Virus record (IMG/VR): IMGVR_UViG_3300006482_000004 | Span: 1-32,129 of that record | Direction: 5' to 3' (one strand) | DNA: 32,129 nt | Source: a virus | Lineage: Duplodnaviria; Caudoviricetes | Shown here: positions 16,174 to 25,346 of the stretch, in pieces | Numbering within the stretch: position 1 is the stretch's first letter | How the letters are laid out: each line of letters opens with the position of its first letter | Translations under genes and position numbers: made by a program | The notes under the pieces: generated by a model | Database searches by the model: none | What the model was told of the DNA's origin: nothing | What the model saw: only the letters and a program-made list of their open reading frames with translations

Positions 16174-17746
16174 CGCGTCCCTCCTGGCCCTCATCCCTGG
16201 CGGCCAGACGGCCGTGCATGTCCGCGGCGACGACCGCGCGAGCGAGAAGCTCCTCGAACTCATCGCCGGCCAGCTCGGGCATGGCCTCGGCCAGCATGAG
16301 CTGCATATCCTCCCAGGTCTCGGCGGCCTGGACGATCTCGATGATCCGACGCGAGCGCTCCTCGCTGGCCCGCACGGCCTCGGGCAGCAGGCCCGCGATC
16401 ATGCGGTCCAGGGCGTCCTGGGCATCGACAACAGCGGCCTCGCCGGGGTCGGAAGTCGAGGCGAACGTGGGGCCTGGCCTGTCGGCAAAAATCTCATTTT
16501 GGGTGACAGGAGTTTCGACGCGGACCTCGAAATGGTCCTCGGGCAGACCGTACTCCTGGACAAAGTGCGGCTTGGAAAAGCGCACACCGAGGCCGTGCAG
16601 CTTGGTATCCAGATCAGCCTTGGCCCCGTAGTCCTCCGGCTTATCAAACCGGAATACGGGCGCGAAGACGCCCTCGGCAGCGTTGAGCCTGGTGTAGTTC
16701 CAGGCCAGCTCGTCCATCGTAGCCTTGACCAGGGCCTCGTCAGCCTGGGCCAGGTCGGCCAGTTCGCCGGAGTGAGTCTGTGCGGCGGCATAGCTGCCGC
16801 CGTCGCCCAGCTCGGCCGACAGCGTGTTGCCCATGAGCACCTTGGAGATGGCCGCGTCCCAGTGGCGCACCAGCCGTTCATGGATGTCGGCCGACTTTCC
16901 TGATGCCTCGTAGATCTTCACCTCGCTGCCCTGCGGCAGCACGGCCACGGCGTCCTGGGTCATCCTGGCCAGGTCGGCGGCCATGGCCTGCCGGGCCGGC
17001 CGATCCGCGCCAGAGGGCGCATTGCCCACGGTCCACGGCTGGCCATACTTTTCGGCAAAATTCATCCAGAACTGCACTCCGCCGCGCTTGAAGGCCACGG
17101 GCCACAAGCAGCGTGTGAGCAGCCGCTCGCCGTAGGGATTGGCGTAGGTTGCGCCGTGGCGGGCCAGGACGAACTTGGGCGGCGGCACCAGGTCGCCTTG
17201 CAGGCTCAATTGGCTGCGGAAGACCAGGCGATTGTGCGTGTCGAAGCCGAACCAACCGCGCGGCTTGGCCACGGCGTCCACCAAGCGCAGGCCCTTGCCG
17301 GCCGGCTCGAACATGAGCTCGATGACCGTGTAGCCGAAATATGGGGCGTCCAGGATCTCGGAGATGAGCCCGCGCATATCCAGGTTTTCCAGGTCGGCAA
17401 CCAGGGTCTTGCACAGCCGCTCGGCCTCGGCTGAGGGCTCCTCGCCTTTCGGCGCGCCGGGCTGGAAGTCATAGTCCTGGCGGTTGAGCGTCCGGAGCTT
17501 GCGCTTGGCCCTGGCCATGGCGACCTGGTCATCGGCGCACAGCTCGTCGAGCACCGAGGCATCGTCGCCGCGTTTGCGCAGCACGGGGTCCGGGTCAGGC
17601 AGGACCCCCAGCCAGCCCACCAGGTCCACGCCAGCGGCCTCGCGCGTGGCGATCTCCGTGAGCAATTGCTCCCGGCCAGGCTGATCGTGGCTGGGACGGC
17701 GAGCAAAATTGAGCAGGCGGCCAGCGATTTGGGCCATGCGCCTCAT
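16163..17746 (-). CDS. Portal protein (Mu gp29 / DUF935)
   Basis: ATG 17746 overlapping the terminase stop; LDAPYFGY, NPYGERLL, FAEKYGQP, ISKVLMGNTL, GGSYAAAQTH. Confidence 0.95.
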   Translation of the reverse strand: MRRMAQIAGRLLNFARRPSHDQPGREQLLTEIATREAAGVDLVGWLGVLPDPDPVLRKRGDDASVLDELCADDQVAMARAKRKLRTLNRQDYDFQPGAPKGEEPSAEAERLCKTLVADLENLDMRGLISEILDAPYFGYTVIELMFEPAGKGLRLVDAVAKPRGWFGFDTHNRLVFRSQLSLQGDLVPPPKFVLARHGATYANPYGERLLTRCLWPVAFKRGGVQFWMNFAEKYGQPWTVGNAPSGADRPARQAMAADLARMTQDAVAVLPQGSEVKIYEASGKSADIHERLVRHWDAAISKVLMGNTLSAELGDGGSYAAAQTHSGELADLAQADEALVKATMDELAWNYTRLNAAEGVFAPVFRFDKPEDYGAKADLDTKLHGLGVRFSKPHFVQEYGLPEDHFEVRVETPVTQNEIFADRPGPTFASTSDPGEAAVVDAQDALDRMIAGLLPEAVRASEERSRRIIEIVQAAETWEDMQLMLAEAMPELAGDEFEELLARAVVAADMHGRLAARDEGQEGRDGR

Positions 17747-19215
17747 AGCGAGTACCCCCCGAATGTCTGTGAGGCCCGGAAAGGCTGGGCCGTGGCCACG
17801 TCCCACTCGCCGCCGTAGGTGCTCGTCTTGACCGCGAACACGGCCAGGGCGGCGGCAACGCCGGCGTCGCCGTGGCGCTGGCCGGCCCTGTCCTGGGTGC
17901 GCGTATCCGGGATCTTGGCCACCCCCTTGACGACCTTGAAGGCGCGCAGGTCATCCAGGATGTATGCATCCCTGGGCAGGCTCATGGACTTGTCCTCCAG
18001 CTGGCTCTTGAGCTTGGGCATGTGCTCGCGATACCAGCCCTCGGACAGCATGACCTCCTGGATGCGCTCGGCCCCGTAGCGTTGCCGGGCGTACTCGGCC
18101 AGGGCCTGGCCGTTGCCGCGCGCGTCGAGAGCACCGCCGCTGAACCTGGGCAGCCTGTCCGCCAGGTGGAAGAGGATCTGCTCCTGGGTCCTGAAAGGCG
18201 CGTTGCGCAGCTCGATGACCAAGGGCGTGTGCAGGAACAGGCTGGCCAGCTCCTGAAGCGGCCAGATGACCGTGAGGTCGCCGCTGCGCCCGAAGTCCTC
18301 GCCGAAATAGGAGCGGCTGCCGCTGTCGAGCCGGCACAGCAGCGGGTCAAGCTCGGCCTCGCACCAGTCGCGCACCTCGCGCCAGGCGCGGTCCAGCGGC
18401 CAGTCTACAAAATCATCGGCCGGAGGCGTCCAGCGCAGCACAGGCACGTCCTCACGCATGCAACCCTCGACAAGGTTGCGCGTGAGGTAGGCCCCGGAGC
18501 CCTGGCGCGGGATGCAGAACAGCTCCTCGTCGGCGCCGTCGCCATACTGCTCCACGAGCCCGGCCCGCCAGGCCGCCTCGGCCTCGGACGTCCATGCCTC
18601 GCCCTTGACTTGGCAGATGCGCCGATACAGGCCCTGGGAGAGGGCGTCGTCCAACGTCGTGCGGTGCAGGGAGTACTTGAGCTTGCCAGCGCGGATGTCC
18701 TGCACGTACTGATTAAACGGGTTGTCGTCGCCGTTGTGCGTGCTGAGCACGGCCACGTCGCCGCCCCACATGATGAGCGCCAGGGCCGCCTTGAGCAGCT
18801 CGGCCAGGTCCTCCACAAAGGCCGCCTCGTCGATGCGCACGCGGCCCTGTTTGGAGCGCAGGTTGTTGGGGTTGCTGGACAGGCCCTGGACCACGAAGCC
18901 CGAGTGGAAACGCACCTGGTAGATGGTCACGTCCTTGTCGCCGTCGCGCAGGACGAGCTCCTCCATGTCGCCGGCCGCCAGGTCGAAGATGCGCGCCCAC
19001 GCGGCCACGTCGCGCACGTACTGGCTGGTCATGTCCTTGTTGTAGCTGAGGTAATAGGTGGACATGCCCCCGGCGTCCTGGGCCTTGGCGGCGACCAAGG
19101 CGCTGTCCGCCGCGTCGGCATAGGACGCGCCAATGCGCCGGGACTTCTCCCAAAATTTGACGGGCGAGCGGTCTTCCACCCAGGCCCGCTGGTATGGCAG
19201 CAGCATGCCTTCCAT
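17743..19215 (-). CDS. terL: Terminase large subunit (Mu gp28-like)
   Basis: LLPYQRAW, EKSRRIGAS, IDEAAF Walker B, GEDFGRSGD, HGD nuclease motifs. Confidence 0.96.
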   Translation of the reverse strand: MEGMLLPYQRAWVEDRSPVKFWEKSRRIGASYADAADSALVAAKAQDAGGMSTYYLSYNKDMTSQYVRDVAAWARIFDLAAGDMEELVLRDGDKDVTIYQVRFHSGFVVQGLSSNPNNLRSKQGRVRIDEAAFVEDLAELLKAALALIMWGGDVAVLSTHNGDDNPFNQYVQDIRAGKLKYSLHRTTLDDALSQGLYRRICQVKGEAWTSEAEAAWRAGLVEQYGDGADEELFCIPRQGSGAYLTRNLVEGCMREDVPVLRWTPPADDFVDWPLDRAWREVRDWCEAELDPLLCRLDSGSRSYFGEDFGRSGDLTVIWPLQELASLFLHTPLVIELRNAPFRTQEQILFHLADRLPRFSGGALDARGNGQALAEYARQRYGAERIQEVMLSEGWYREHMPKLKSQLEDKSMSLPRDAYILDDLRAFKVVKGVAKIPDTRTQDRAGQRHGDAGVAAALAVFAVKTSTYGGEWDVATAQPFRASQTFGGYSL

Positions 19216-19856
19216 CAGGCCCTCCCGAGGATTTTCTTTTCGATGAGTTCGGCCGTCTCGCGGCTCAGGCCCTTGGCCTTGCCGCCAGCTTTCTCTTCGG
19301 CGGCGTGCTGGGCCTTGAGCTGGGTCAGCAGGTCCATGCAGCCCTTGAGGTCGCGCAGGACGGCCACATCCAGAGAGTCAGGGGCCGCCAACAGGGCATT
19401 CAGCTTGACTTCCAGCGCCTCGCCCAGGGCGGCCACGGCGTCGGCCAGGGTGCGTATCTCACGCCTGGGAGCCGCCAGGGCCTGGGCTGTCTGCGCGGCC
19501 AGCTTGCCGGCGCGCTCGGCCTCGGCCTGTTGCATGGCCAGGGTCTCCAATTTCGCGACGGCAAAACCGACCATGGGGTCCTTGTCCTCCAGGAGCGACT
19601 TGATCATCCTGCTCCTGGCCAGGACCAGGTCCGCGCGCATTTCGGCCTGGGCCTGGGCGAGTTGCTCGCGCTTGTCGCGCCAGCCGTAGGCGTTGCACCA
19701 GCGCCAGAGCGTGGACGTGGCCACTCCTATCTGGCTGGCCACCTCGTCCATGGGCAGGCGGGCCACGCAGTACAGCTCCTGGGCCTGCCAGACGGTCTCG
19801 GGTGGATGCTCGCGACGGCTGCCGCCGCTGACTCCGTCGGATAAGGACCGTTCCAT
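19215..19856 (-). CDS. Putative terminase small subunit (N-terminal HTH)
   Basis: AQELYC..VASQIGVATSTLWRW...GW HTH; KGLSRETAELIEKKILG C-terminus; directly upstream of terL. Confidence 0.8.
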   Translation of the reverse strand: MERSLSDGVSGGSRREHPPETVWQAQELYCVARLPMDEVASQIGVATSTLWRWCNAYGWRDKREQLAQAQAEMRADLVLARSRMIKSLLEDKDPMVGFAVAKLETLAMQQAEAERAGKLAAQTAQALAAPRREIRTLADAVAALGEALEVKLNALLAAPDSLDVAVLRDLKGCMDLLTQLKAQHAAEEKAGGKAKGLSRETAELIEKKILGRA

Positions 19857-19862
19857 CCCGCC

Positions 19863-20156
19863 CTACCTCCGGGGAGAGGGTCGCTTGACGCCGGGCACGG
19901 TGACCCGGCAGCGCGCCACGTCCTCGCCGCGCTCGGTGAGCGTGGCCACAAGACACGGCCCGCCGGACAGGCGCACCAGCCCCTGTTCCTCCAGCCAGCG
20001 CAGTTCCGTGCGCAGGCGGTCGCGGCTCGGCGCAAATCCGTAGGGCTCGCTCTTGTCGAGCAGGATCGACTCGTTCAGCGTCCGGCTGGGCACCTCCTCC
20101 AGCAGCCGCAGAATGGTGATGCGCAGGTGTTCGGTGATCACCACATCGTAACTCAT
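19863..20156 (-). CDS. Mu gp26-like winged-helix protein
   Basis: ATG 20156; RITILRLL, SRDRLRTELRWLEEQGLV, TERGEDVA, PGVKRPSP. Confidence 0.88.
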   Translation of the reverse strand: MSYDVVITEHLRITILRLLEEVPSRTLNESILLDKSEPYGFAPSRDRLRTELRWLEEQGLVRLSGGPCLVATLTERGEDVARCRVTVPGVKRPSPRR

Positions 20157-20482
20157 TTCTTGTCCGCCCCTCCATTCAGCAGATAGGTCTCCTGGCGCTC
20201 CAGGATGCGGTCCAACTTGGCGGTGAGCGTTTCCAGGCCGCCGATGCGGGCGCCCACCGCGCGCACCTCTCCGCGCAGAGCTTCGATGCCCAACGCCAGC
20301 TGATGCACGGCCGTGGTGCCGGGCAGCTCGTCCAACCGCTCTTCGTTCCGACTGACGCGGGCGGCGAGCCCCACGTAGTCGCGCCGCAGACAGAGCAGTT
20401 CCCGGGCGACCCAGACCGCGAAGGGGATCACGACGATCTGCAACAGGCGCAGCAACAGGTCCAAAAACGCCTCCCAGCTCAT
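20153..20482 (-). CDS. DUF2730-like (Mu gp25-like) membrane/coiled-coil protein
   Basis: ATG 20482; N-terminal TM helix, coiled coil, YLL C-terminal motif. Confidence 0.78.
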   Translation of the reverse strand: MSWEAFLDLLLRLLQIVVIPFAVWVARELLCLRRDYVGLAARVSRNEERLDELPGTTAVHQLALGIEALRGEVRAVGARIGGLETLTAKLDRILERQETYLLNGGADKK

Positions 20483-20697
20483 GCGCGCCTCCCGTCTGCC
20501 TGGGTCTGGCAGGTGACGCACAGGCCGCAGCCCGGCACAGCGGCCAGGCGCGCGAGCGGGATAGGCTGCTCGCACTCGCGGCAGCAGGCCAGGCCGTCAA
20601 TCAGCACGGGGCCAGGAGAGTCGGAGACTTCACGGGCGGCCAACGCCTCGGCCAGATACAGCGCCTCGGCGCGCTGGGAAATGTCGACTTCGTCCAT
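20479..20697 (-). CDS. TraR/DksA C4-type zinc-finger protein
   Basis: MDEVDISQ...CRECEQPIPLARLAAVPGCGLCVTCQ. Confidence 0.92.
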   Translation of the reverse strand: MDEVDISQRAEALYLAEALAAREVSDSPGPVLIDGLACCRECEQPIPLARLAAVPGCGLCVTCQTQADGRRA

Positions 20698-21125
20698 CAG
20701 TCCTTGTCCCTCTTGTCCTTTTTCACGGCATCAAGCAGACGCGGCACAACCTTCTCGGCCGAACGCCCGATGACGTATCCACCCAGGCCCAACTCCAGCA
20801 GGTCCCAGGCATGCTCGGAGAGTCTGTTGGGCAGCAGGTCCACCGAATCCAGCACGACGAGCACCAAGAAGGTGATCATGGTCACGGGCCTCCAGTTGGA
20901 TTGCAGCCAGCCCTTGCCCGCCGCCTCGGCCGTGATTGCCTTGGCGCGCGCGTCCATGAGCCCGGTCTCGTATTGCAGCATGCGCTCGGAGAGCTGCACC
21001 TCCAGCTGCAGCAGGGCGCGCTGGGCCTCCAGGCGCTCCTTGTCCGACGTAAATTTGTCGATGATCTTGTTGACGGGCGACATGAGACCCGAAAGGAAGC
21101 CTGTGACGCTCATGACTGTGCTCAA
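20697..21125 (-). CDS. Putative holin (3TM type)
   Basis: KIIDKF, AEA...WLQSNWRP, GLGGYVIGRSAEK motifs; adjacent to the endolysin. Confidence 0.85.
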   Translation of the reverse strand: MSTVMSVTGFLSGLMSPVNKIIDKFTSDKERLEAQRALLQLEVQLSERMLQYETGLMDARAKAITAEAAGKGWLQSNWRPVTMITFLVLVVLDSVDLLPNRLSEHAWDLLELGLGGYVIGRSAEKVVPRLLDAVKKDKRDKD

Positions 21126-21568
21126 GGCCTGAAGAACATGATGCCGGTCACTGCCACGGGCCAGTTGCGACAGTCGATGTGCAGCCAGGACACGTCGTCC
21201 TCGACACCGGTGATGTGGCGGTAGGCCTCGCGGTCCGGATGCGTGCGCATGTCCTCGCGGATCTCGGCGGCAGTAACCTGCACCGGGACCAGGTCCAGCG
21301 CGCGGCCGAAGCGATGCTGGCTGAACTCAGCGCCGATGTCGGTGGACGGCAGGCGGAAGCCGCGCTGTTTGTGGCCGGCCTCGCCGCGCCACTGCCAGTC
21401 ATTGCAGACCAGCGGCCCGTACAGCTCGCGCAGTTGGTCCGCGGCCCACAGGATGCGCCAGTCGAAAAGCGTCCACACGCGGCCGAGCATCCCGCGCGCC
21501 ACCAGGCGGGCATGACAGGCCGGGCTGACCAGCTCTTGGGGACCAAAGTATTGGGGGACGTAGTGCAT
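21122..21568 (-). CDS. Endolysin, peptidase M15 family
   Basis: R...SQH.FGRALD...WLHID zinc-binding motifs; first gene of the late operon. Confidence 0.88.
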   Translation of the reverse strand: MHYVPQYFGPQELVSPACHARLVARGMLGRVWTLFDWRILWAADQLRELYGPLVCNDWQWRGEAGHKQRGFRLPSTDIGAEFSQHRFGRALDLVPVQVTAAEIREDMRTHPDREAYRHITGVEDDVSWLHIDCRNWPVAVTGIMFFRP

Positions 21569-21625
21569 ATGTGCGTACTCCTTGCGCCGGACGATAGCCG
21601 GGCGGGAAGCTCTTGCAGAGGGCTG

Positions 21626-21646
21626 TATGCAAACTATGCAAACTAT
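21626..21646 (-). promoter_or_regulatory. Putative late-promoter activator sites upstream of the endolysin
   Basis: TATGCAAAC-TATGCAAAC-TAT tandem 9-mer; candidate -10 TATCGT at 21596-21591. Confidence 0.7.
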
Positions 21647-21676
21647 CGTGTCCTTGTTTTGCGGGCATGTGAGCGC

Positions 21677-21708
21677 AAAAAAGAGAAGCGGCCCATGCGG
21701 GCCGCTTC
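21677..21708 (-). terminator. Intrinsic terminator closing the early/middle operon
   Basis: 10-bp stem GAAGCGGCCC/GGGCCGCTTC with 4-nt loop, followed on the minus strand by TCTTTTTT. Confidence 0.92.
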
Positions 21709-21734
21709 GGGTGGAGGGGGTATGGCGGGATGTT

Positions 21735-22175
21735 TCAGGCGGGAAGCATTTGCCGGACGCTGTCCGTCGTCACTCGCAACGGAGGCAGATCACTGGCGCG
21801 GACCAGGCGTCCATCATCGACATAGTTGTATATCTCGCGCTCGGACACACCGAGCACCCAGGCAGCCTCGTCAACACGCAGGACCAATTTACTTTCAAGT
21901 AGGGATTTGGCGCTCACCTGTGGCAGATAGGCAAAATACCCTCGCGCCCGCCGCCGATTCCTGACAGGCAACGCCAGCTCAAACCCTTCCGGGTTGGCCA
22001 GGGCGCAATAGCGCCGACAGCCTATGCAGACATAGTGTTGTTGCTTTTCGAACCACCTGGCTTTTTTTGAATTTGAACAGCCCAACTGCTCGTACACTAT
22101 GGGCTGGATGTGGCCCTTATACGGCAAAAACTCGCGCTGGAGCATGCGCAACACATCCTCAATCTGCCTGCTCAT
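21735..22175 (-). CDS. Excisionase-like HTH protein with N-terminal Cys cluster; candidate late-gene activator
   Basis: LRVDEAAWVLGVSEREIYNYVDDGRL HTH; CIGCRRYC; last gene before the late promoter, the position of Mu C. Confidence 0.75.
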   Translation of the reverse strand: MSRQIEDVLRMLQREFLPYKGHIQPIVYEQLGCSNSKKARWFEKQQHYVCIGCRRYCALANPEGFELALPVRNRRRARGYFAYLPQVSAKSLLESKLVLRVDEAAWVLGVSEREIYNYVDDGRLVRASDLPPLRVTTDSVRQMLPA

Positions 22176-22605
22176 GGATCACCTCCAGGTCATGGACCGG
22201 CACCGGATCGCGGGCGCCGACGCACTTGACCAGCCATTGTCCCGTAGCCAACTGGTATGGATCGCCGGCCGTCCAGGTCGCCGTAAAGAGCGTCTCGTCG
22301 CCAATGCGCGCCGTGGGCATGCGCACCCGTGTGCCCCGAGGCAACACCGGGGCCTCGCGCGGAGCCTCCAGGCCGAGGACCGCCCCGAACTCGCGGGCCA
22401 GATAGGCGGCCAGGCCGGACAGGTCGAAAAATGTGTACTTGCTGCCATTGCAGGCCCAGCGGCCATTGACGCGCAGGCGCAGTAACCCCGGCTCGGAGCC
22501 TTCGGCATCGGGCCATTGGGCGGCATCGTATAACTCAACCTTGAGCCGCGCTTTGCTTTCGGTGGTGAGCAAAAGGAGCGCCTTGCGTGTGCGGGATTCT
22601 GCCAT
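22159..22605 (-). CDS. Hypothetical protein
   Basis: GAGG RBS; overlaps the next gene. Confidence 0.75.
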   Translation of the reverse strand: MAESRTRKALLLLTTESKARLKVELYDAAQWPDAEGSEPGLLRLRVNGRWACNGSKYTFFDLSGLAAYLAREFGAVLGLEAPREAPVLPRGTRVRMPTARIGDETLFTATWTAGDPYQLATGQWLVKCVGARDPVPVHDLEVIHEQAD

Positions 22606-22614
22606 CGTGTGCCT

Positions 22615-22839
22615 CTACTGCTCGCGTGCGGAAATATCGCGCACTAGGCGCGCGACCTCGTCCCTGGTCAGGTGCACAACGTCACCCGATCCAAAGACCA
22701 TCTGGACAAATGGTTCGGGGCGGACCGGTCCGGCGACGGCAGCGGCCTTGGTCGCTTTGGCCCGCTTGCGACGCTCCCACCAGGGAGCCCCTACCCAAAT
22801 CCAAAAGATGACTATTCCGAGCCCCAATCCTTCGAGCAT
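22615..22839 (-). CDS. Small single-TM membrane protein
   Basis: Likely start ATG 22839 (MLEGLGLGIVIFWIWVG followed by a basic stretch). Confidence 0.6.
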   Translation of the reverse strand: MLEGLGLGIVIFWIWVGAPWWERRKRAKATKAAAVAGPVRPEPFVQMVFGSGDVVHLTRDEVARLVRDISAREQ

Positions 22840-22844
22840 GTTTG

Positions 22845-23171
22845 TCACCCAAGTTGAGATTTTAACGTCATGACCGCCCGCGCCTGGGCGCGCAGGGTCT
22901 GCTGGCACTCTGTGCATGGCCGGGGGCCTGGCCGGCGGCAGCGGCTGCAGGCCACAGTCTCCAGGGCCGTGTATATCCGCGCCTCGGGGTCATCGGTGGA
23001 GACCAGCGAGGCCCGGATGCGCGCCACCTGGCGCTCGGTGTCGCCGCCGTATCGCTGGCCGAGCACGGCGTAGACCATGCTCTTGGGCAGCCGGCTGCAC
23101 CGCACGAAGCGGTAGACCGTGCCGTATAGCTGCTCGATCTCGGCCCGCAGTTGCGCCAGGTCGATCGACAT
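22845..23171 (-). CDS. Hypothetical HTH-like / Cys-motif protein
   Basis: YGTVYRFVRCSRLPKSMVYAVL..RY (Ner-like HTH), CSRC...CTEC. Confidence 0.75.
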   Translation of the reverse strand: MSIDLAQLRAEIEQLYGTVYRFVRCSRLPKSMVYAVLGQRYGGDTERQVARIRASLVSTDDPEARIYTALETVACSRCRRPGPRPCTECQQTLRAQARAVMTLKSQLG

Positions 23172-23172
23172 C

Positions 23173-24240
23173 TCACGCGCCCACCGCCTGCTGCTGGTTC
23201 AAAAATTGTTGGGCGAACTGATTCAGCTTCGGAACTGAAACGGTCTGTTTGCCGGCCTTGGCTAGGTTGAAGTGATTCAGGAGCAGGGACACGTCGCGGG
23301 GATTGACTCCCTCGCGCCTGCTCCACTCGCGCTGGCTCAGGCCAGAGGCCTGGATGCACGCGGCCACTCGCTTCTGCAGCCGCTTGATCAAAAATTCCGT
23401 GGGCTGAATCACTGTTTCCGAGGCCTGGTTCATTTCAGGCGCGGCGGGTGTTTCAGATGATTCAGCCGGATCCGTTTCAGCAGGCGCGGGTGATTCAGGC
23501 GATTCAACCTCGGCTGAAACAGGCGTTTCAAGCGCCTCCGCCTGGGCCGAGGTCGCCTCGGGTTCGGAAACGACCTCGGGGCTGGCAACCGGGGTCAGGG
23601 CCTCCAACTCGCCGCAGGCAACCCGAGCCCTCGGGGCTGGCTCGCTGGTCTGACGCCAGCGCCGGCCGCATATGGCCGCCATGCTCGCCGCACCGGTCTG
23701 CAGGAGCAGCAGGGCCAGGGCCTGCAGGCCGCAGGCAGCCCAGGTCTGCCAGGGCAGGCCGGCGGCCGTGGCGTTGGCCAGGCTGGCGCGTTGTGCCTCC
23801 AGCTCCGCTATGGCCAGGCGCGCGTCATCGATGCGGCCGTGCCAGCCGTAGCGGCCCGAGGCCGAGATCTCCAGGTAGCGGGCCAGTTCCGCGCGGCGGG
23901 CCTCCATGGCCGCATCCAGGCGGGCCAGTTCGGCTGGCCGGGCGTCGGCGGCCGTGCGCGCCTCGATGAGCGGCCGGCTGACCATGTACAGCGGCCCGGC
24001 CAGCAGCACGGCCGTGGCCACGACTCCGAGCAGACCGCACCCGAGCCTGGCCGCCCAGCCGCGCGCGGCAAAGGCCCAGGCCAGCCACACGGCAGCCAGC
24101 ACGCCCAGGGCCACGGACAGGGCCGGGCCGGCCTGGACGTGGAAATGGGCACGCCAAAACGCCCAGCCGTGGATCTGGATCAGGGCCTCGCAGCCGATGA
24201 GGATCAGGCCGGGAATGATCAGGCTCGGAATGCGTCGCAT
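23173..24240 (-). CDS. Multi-TM membrane protein with coiled coil, acidic Pro-rich linker and C-terminal HTH
   Basis: ATG 24240 after AAGGAG; about 4 hydrophobic helices; SGLSQREWSRREGVNPRDVSLLLN. Confidence 0.78.
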   Translation of the reverse strand: MRRIPSLIIPGLILIGCEALIQIHGWAFWRAHFHVQAGPALSVALGVLAAVWLAWAFAARGWAARLGCGLLGVVATAVLLAGPLYMVSRPLIEARTAADARPAELARLDAAMEARRAELARYLEISASGRYGWHGRIDDARLAIAELEAQRASLANATAAGLPWQTWAACGLQALALLLLQTGAASMAAICGRRWRQTSEPAPRARVACGELEALTPVASPEVVSEPEATSAQAEALETPVSAEVESPESPAPAETDPAESSETPAAPEMNQASETVIQPTEFLIKRLQKRVAACIQASGLSQREWSRREGVNPRDVSLLLNHFNLAKAGKQTVSVPKLNQFAQQFLNQQQAVGA

Positions 24241-24306
24241 GATAGGGGCTCCTTTATCGCGCAAAAATCAGGGCCAGGCCGTTCCACATGAATTTTTCGA
24301 GGGACA

Positions 24307-24780
24307 TCAATTGAACTCCAGGGCACGCGGGTCGAGGCCCTTTTTTAGGCAGCGATTCCACAAATCCTTGCCGAGGGTCTGGAGGTGAGCCTGATCGCGG
24401 AGCCAGGCGAACTGGGACACGCCGAATTGTTTTGCACAACGGTCATTCAGATATTCCTGGGACCAGCCCAACGCCTTGACCATCAGCAGCATATAGCGCT
24501 TCTGGGTCGCGTTGGGGTCTGAGTCGGCGATGGTCACGAAAGTCCGCGTGTCATCGGCCTTGCGTCTGGTTTTCTTGATGCCGGCCGGGGCGCGGCCGGA
24601 TTTGCCGTCGAAGTGATCGCAAAGCTGAACGAGTTGCGGGATAGTCAGCCTGGTCGAGCTGTCCACGCCGAACAGCTCCTGGAGCGTTGCGCGGTACTCG
24701 GCGTCGGAGAGGCCCAGCTCGCGCTTGGCCTTGACGTGGACCTTGGCCAGCAGGCCTTTGCGGGCGGTGTGCTTGCTCAT
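24307..24780 (-). CDS. gemA: GemA / Mu gp16 (DUF1018) regulatory protein
   Basis: ATG 24780; LLAKVHV.AKRELGLSDAEYRATL...GVDSSTRLT..QL. Confidence 0.88.
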   Translation of the reverse strand: MSKHTARKGLLAKVHVKAKRELGLSDAEYRATLQELFGVDSSTRLTIPQLVQLCDHFDGKSGRAPAGIKKTRRKADDTRTFVTIADSDPNATQKRYMLLMVKALGWSQEYLNDRCAKQFGVSQFAWLRDQAHLQTLGKDLWNRCLKKGLDPRALEFN

Positions 24781-25346
24781 CTCTGCCTCCTCTTGAGTTG
24801 CTCGACGGCGGCCCTGGCCTTGGCGGCGATGTCTCCGGTGTTGACCTTGCGCGGTGCGCTCTCCCAGGCCGCCGGCTGATAGGCCGGGCAGGTCGGCTCG
24901 GACCTGTGCGGTGGATGGCGCAATGACTCCTCTCTGCGGCGCAGAGCCGCCTCGCCGGCCTTGTCGGCCTCGCCGTAGGCGATGGTGCGCAGCAGGTTGT
25001 GGCCTTTGAGCGGCCTGGTCAGAGTGCCCGCCGCATCCTTGCCAAGCACATGCTCCATTGCCCGCAGCCAGTATTCCGGGCGGTTGTCCAGGATGCGCCG
25101 CCCCTCCCACTGGATGGTGGGCTTGCTCACGAGGGCGAGCAGCTCCTCGGCCAGGGCGCGTGCCCGAGACCAGGCCAGCCCGCGCGCCGAGCCTGGCCGG
25201 CGGAACAGCGCCAGATAGCGCGGACCGTGCGCGGCCAGGCCTGGCGACAGGCCCACCAGGGCCTCCAGGGTCTTGCGCGCGTCCAGGTCCAGCGACCAGG
25301 CGTCCAGCGAGCAGAGCGCGCCGCAGGAGGGGCAGGCTAGGCGCAT
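24777..25346 (-). CDS. Conserved Mu-like hypothetical protein (N-terminal CPxCG)
   Basis: ATG 25346; MRLACPSCGALCSLDA, YLALFR, PLKGHNLL; adjacent to gemA. Confidence 0.82.
   Translation of the reverse strand: MRLACPSCGALCSLDAWSLDLDARKTLEALVGLSPGLAAHGPRYLALFRRPGSARGLAWSRARALAEELLALVSKPTIQWEGRRILDNRPEYWLRAMEHVLGKDAAGTLTRPLKGHNLLRTIAYGEADKAGEAALRRREESLRHPPHRSEPTCPAYQPAAWESAPRKVNTGDIAAKARAAVEQLKRRQR

Noticed and set aside
17872..19689. Long + strand ORFs (e.g. 605 aa here, 9386-11002, 14869-16299, 12656-13840, 73-921)
   Set aside because: Antisense shadows of real high-GC minus-strand genes; no RBS or recognisable motifs
24254..24439. Small minus ORF and weak hairpin over the RBS at 24241-24258
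   Set aside because: The ORF overlaps gemA out of frame; the hairpin has A-C mismatches on the transcribed strand
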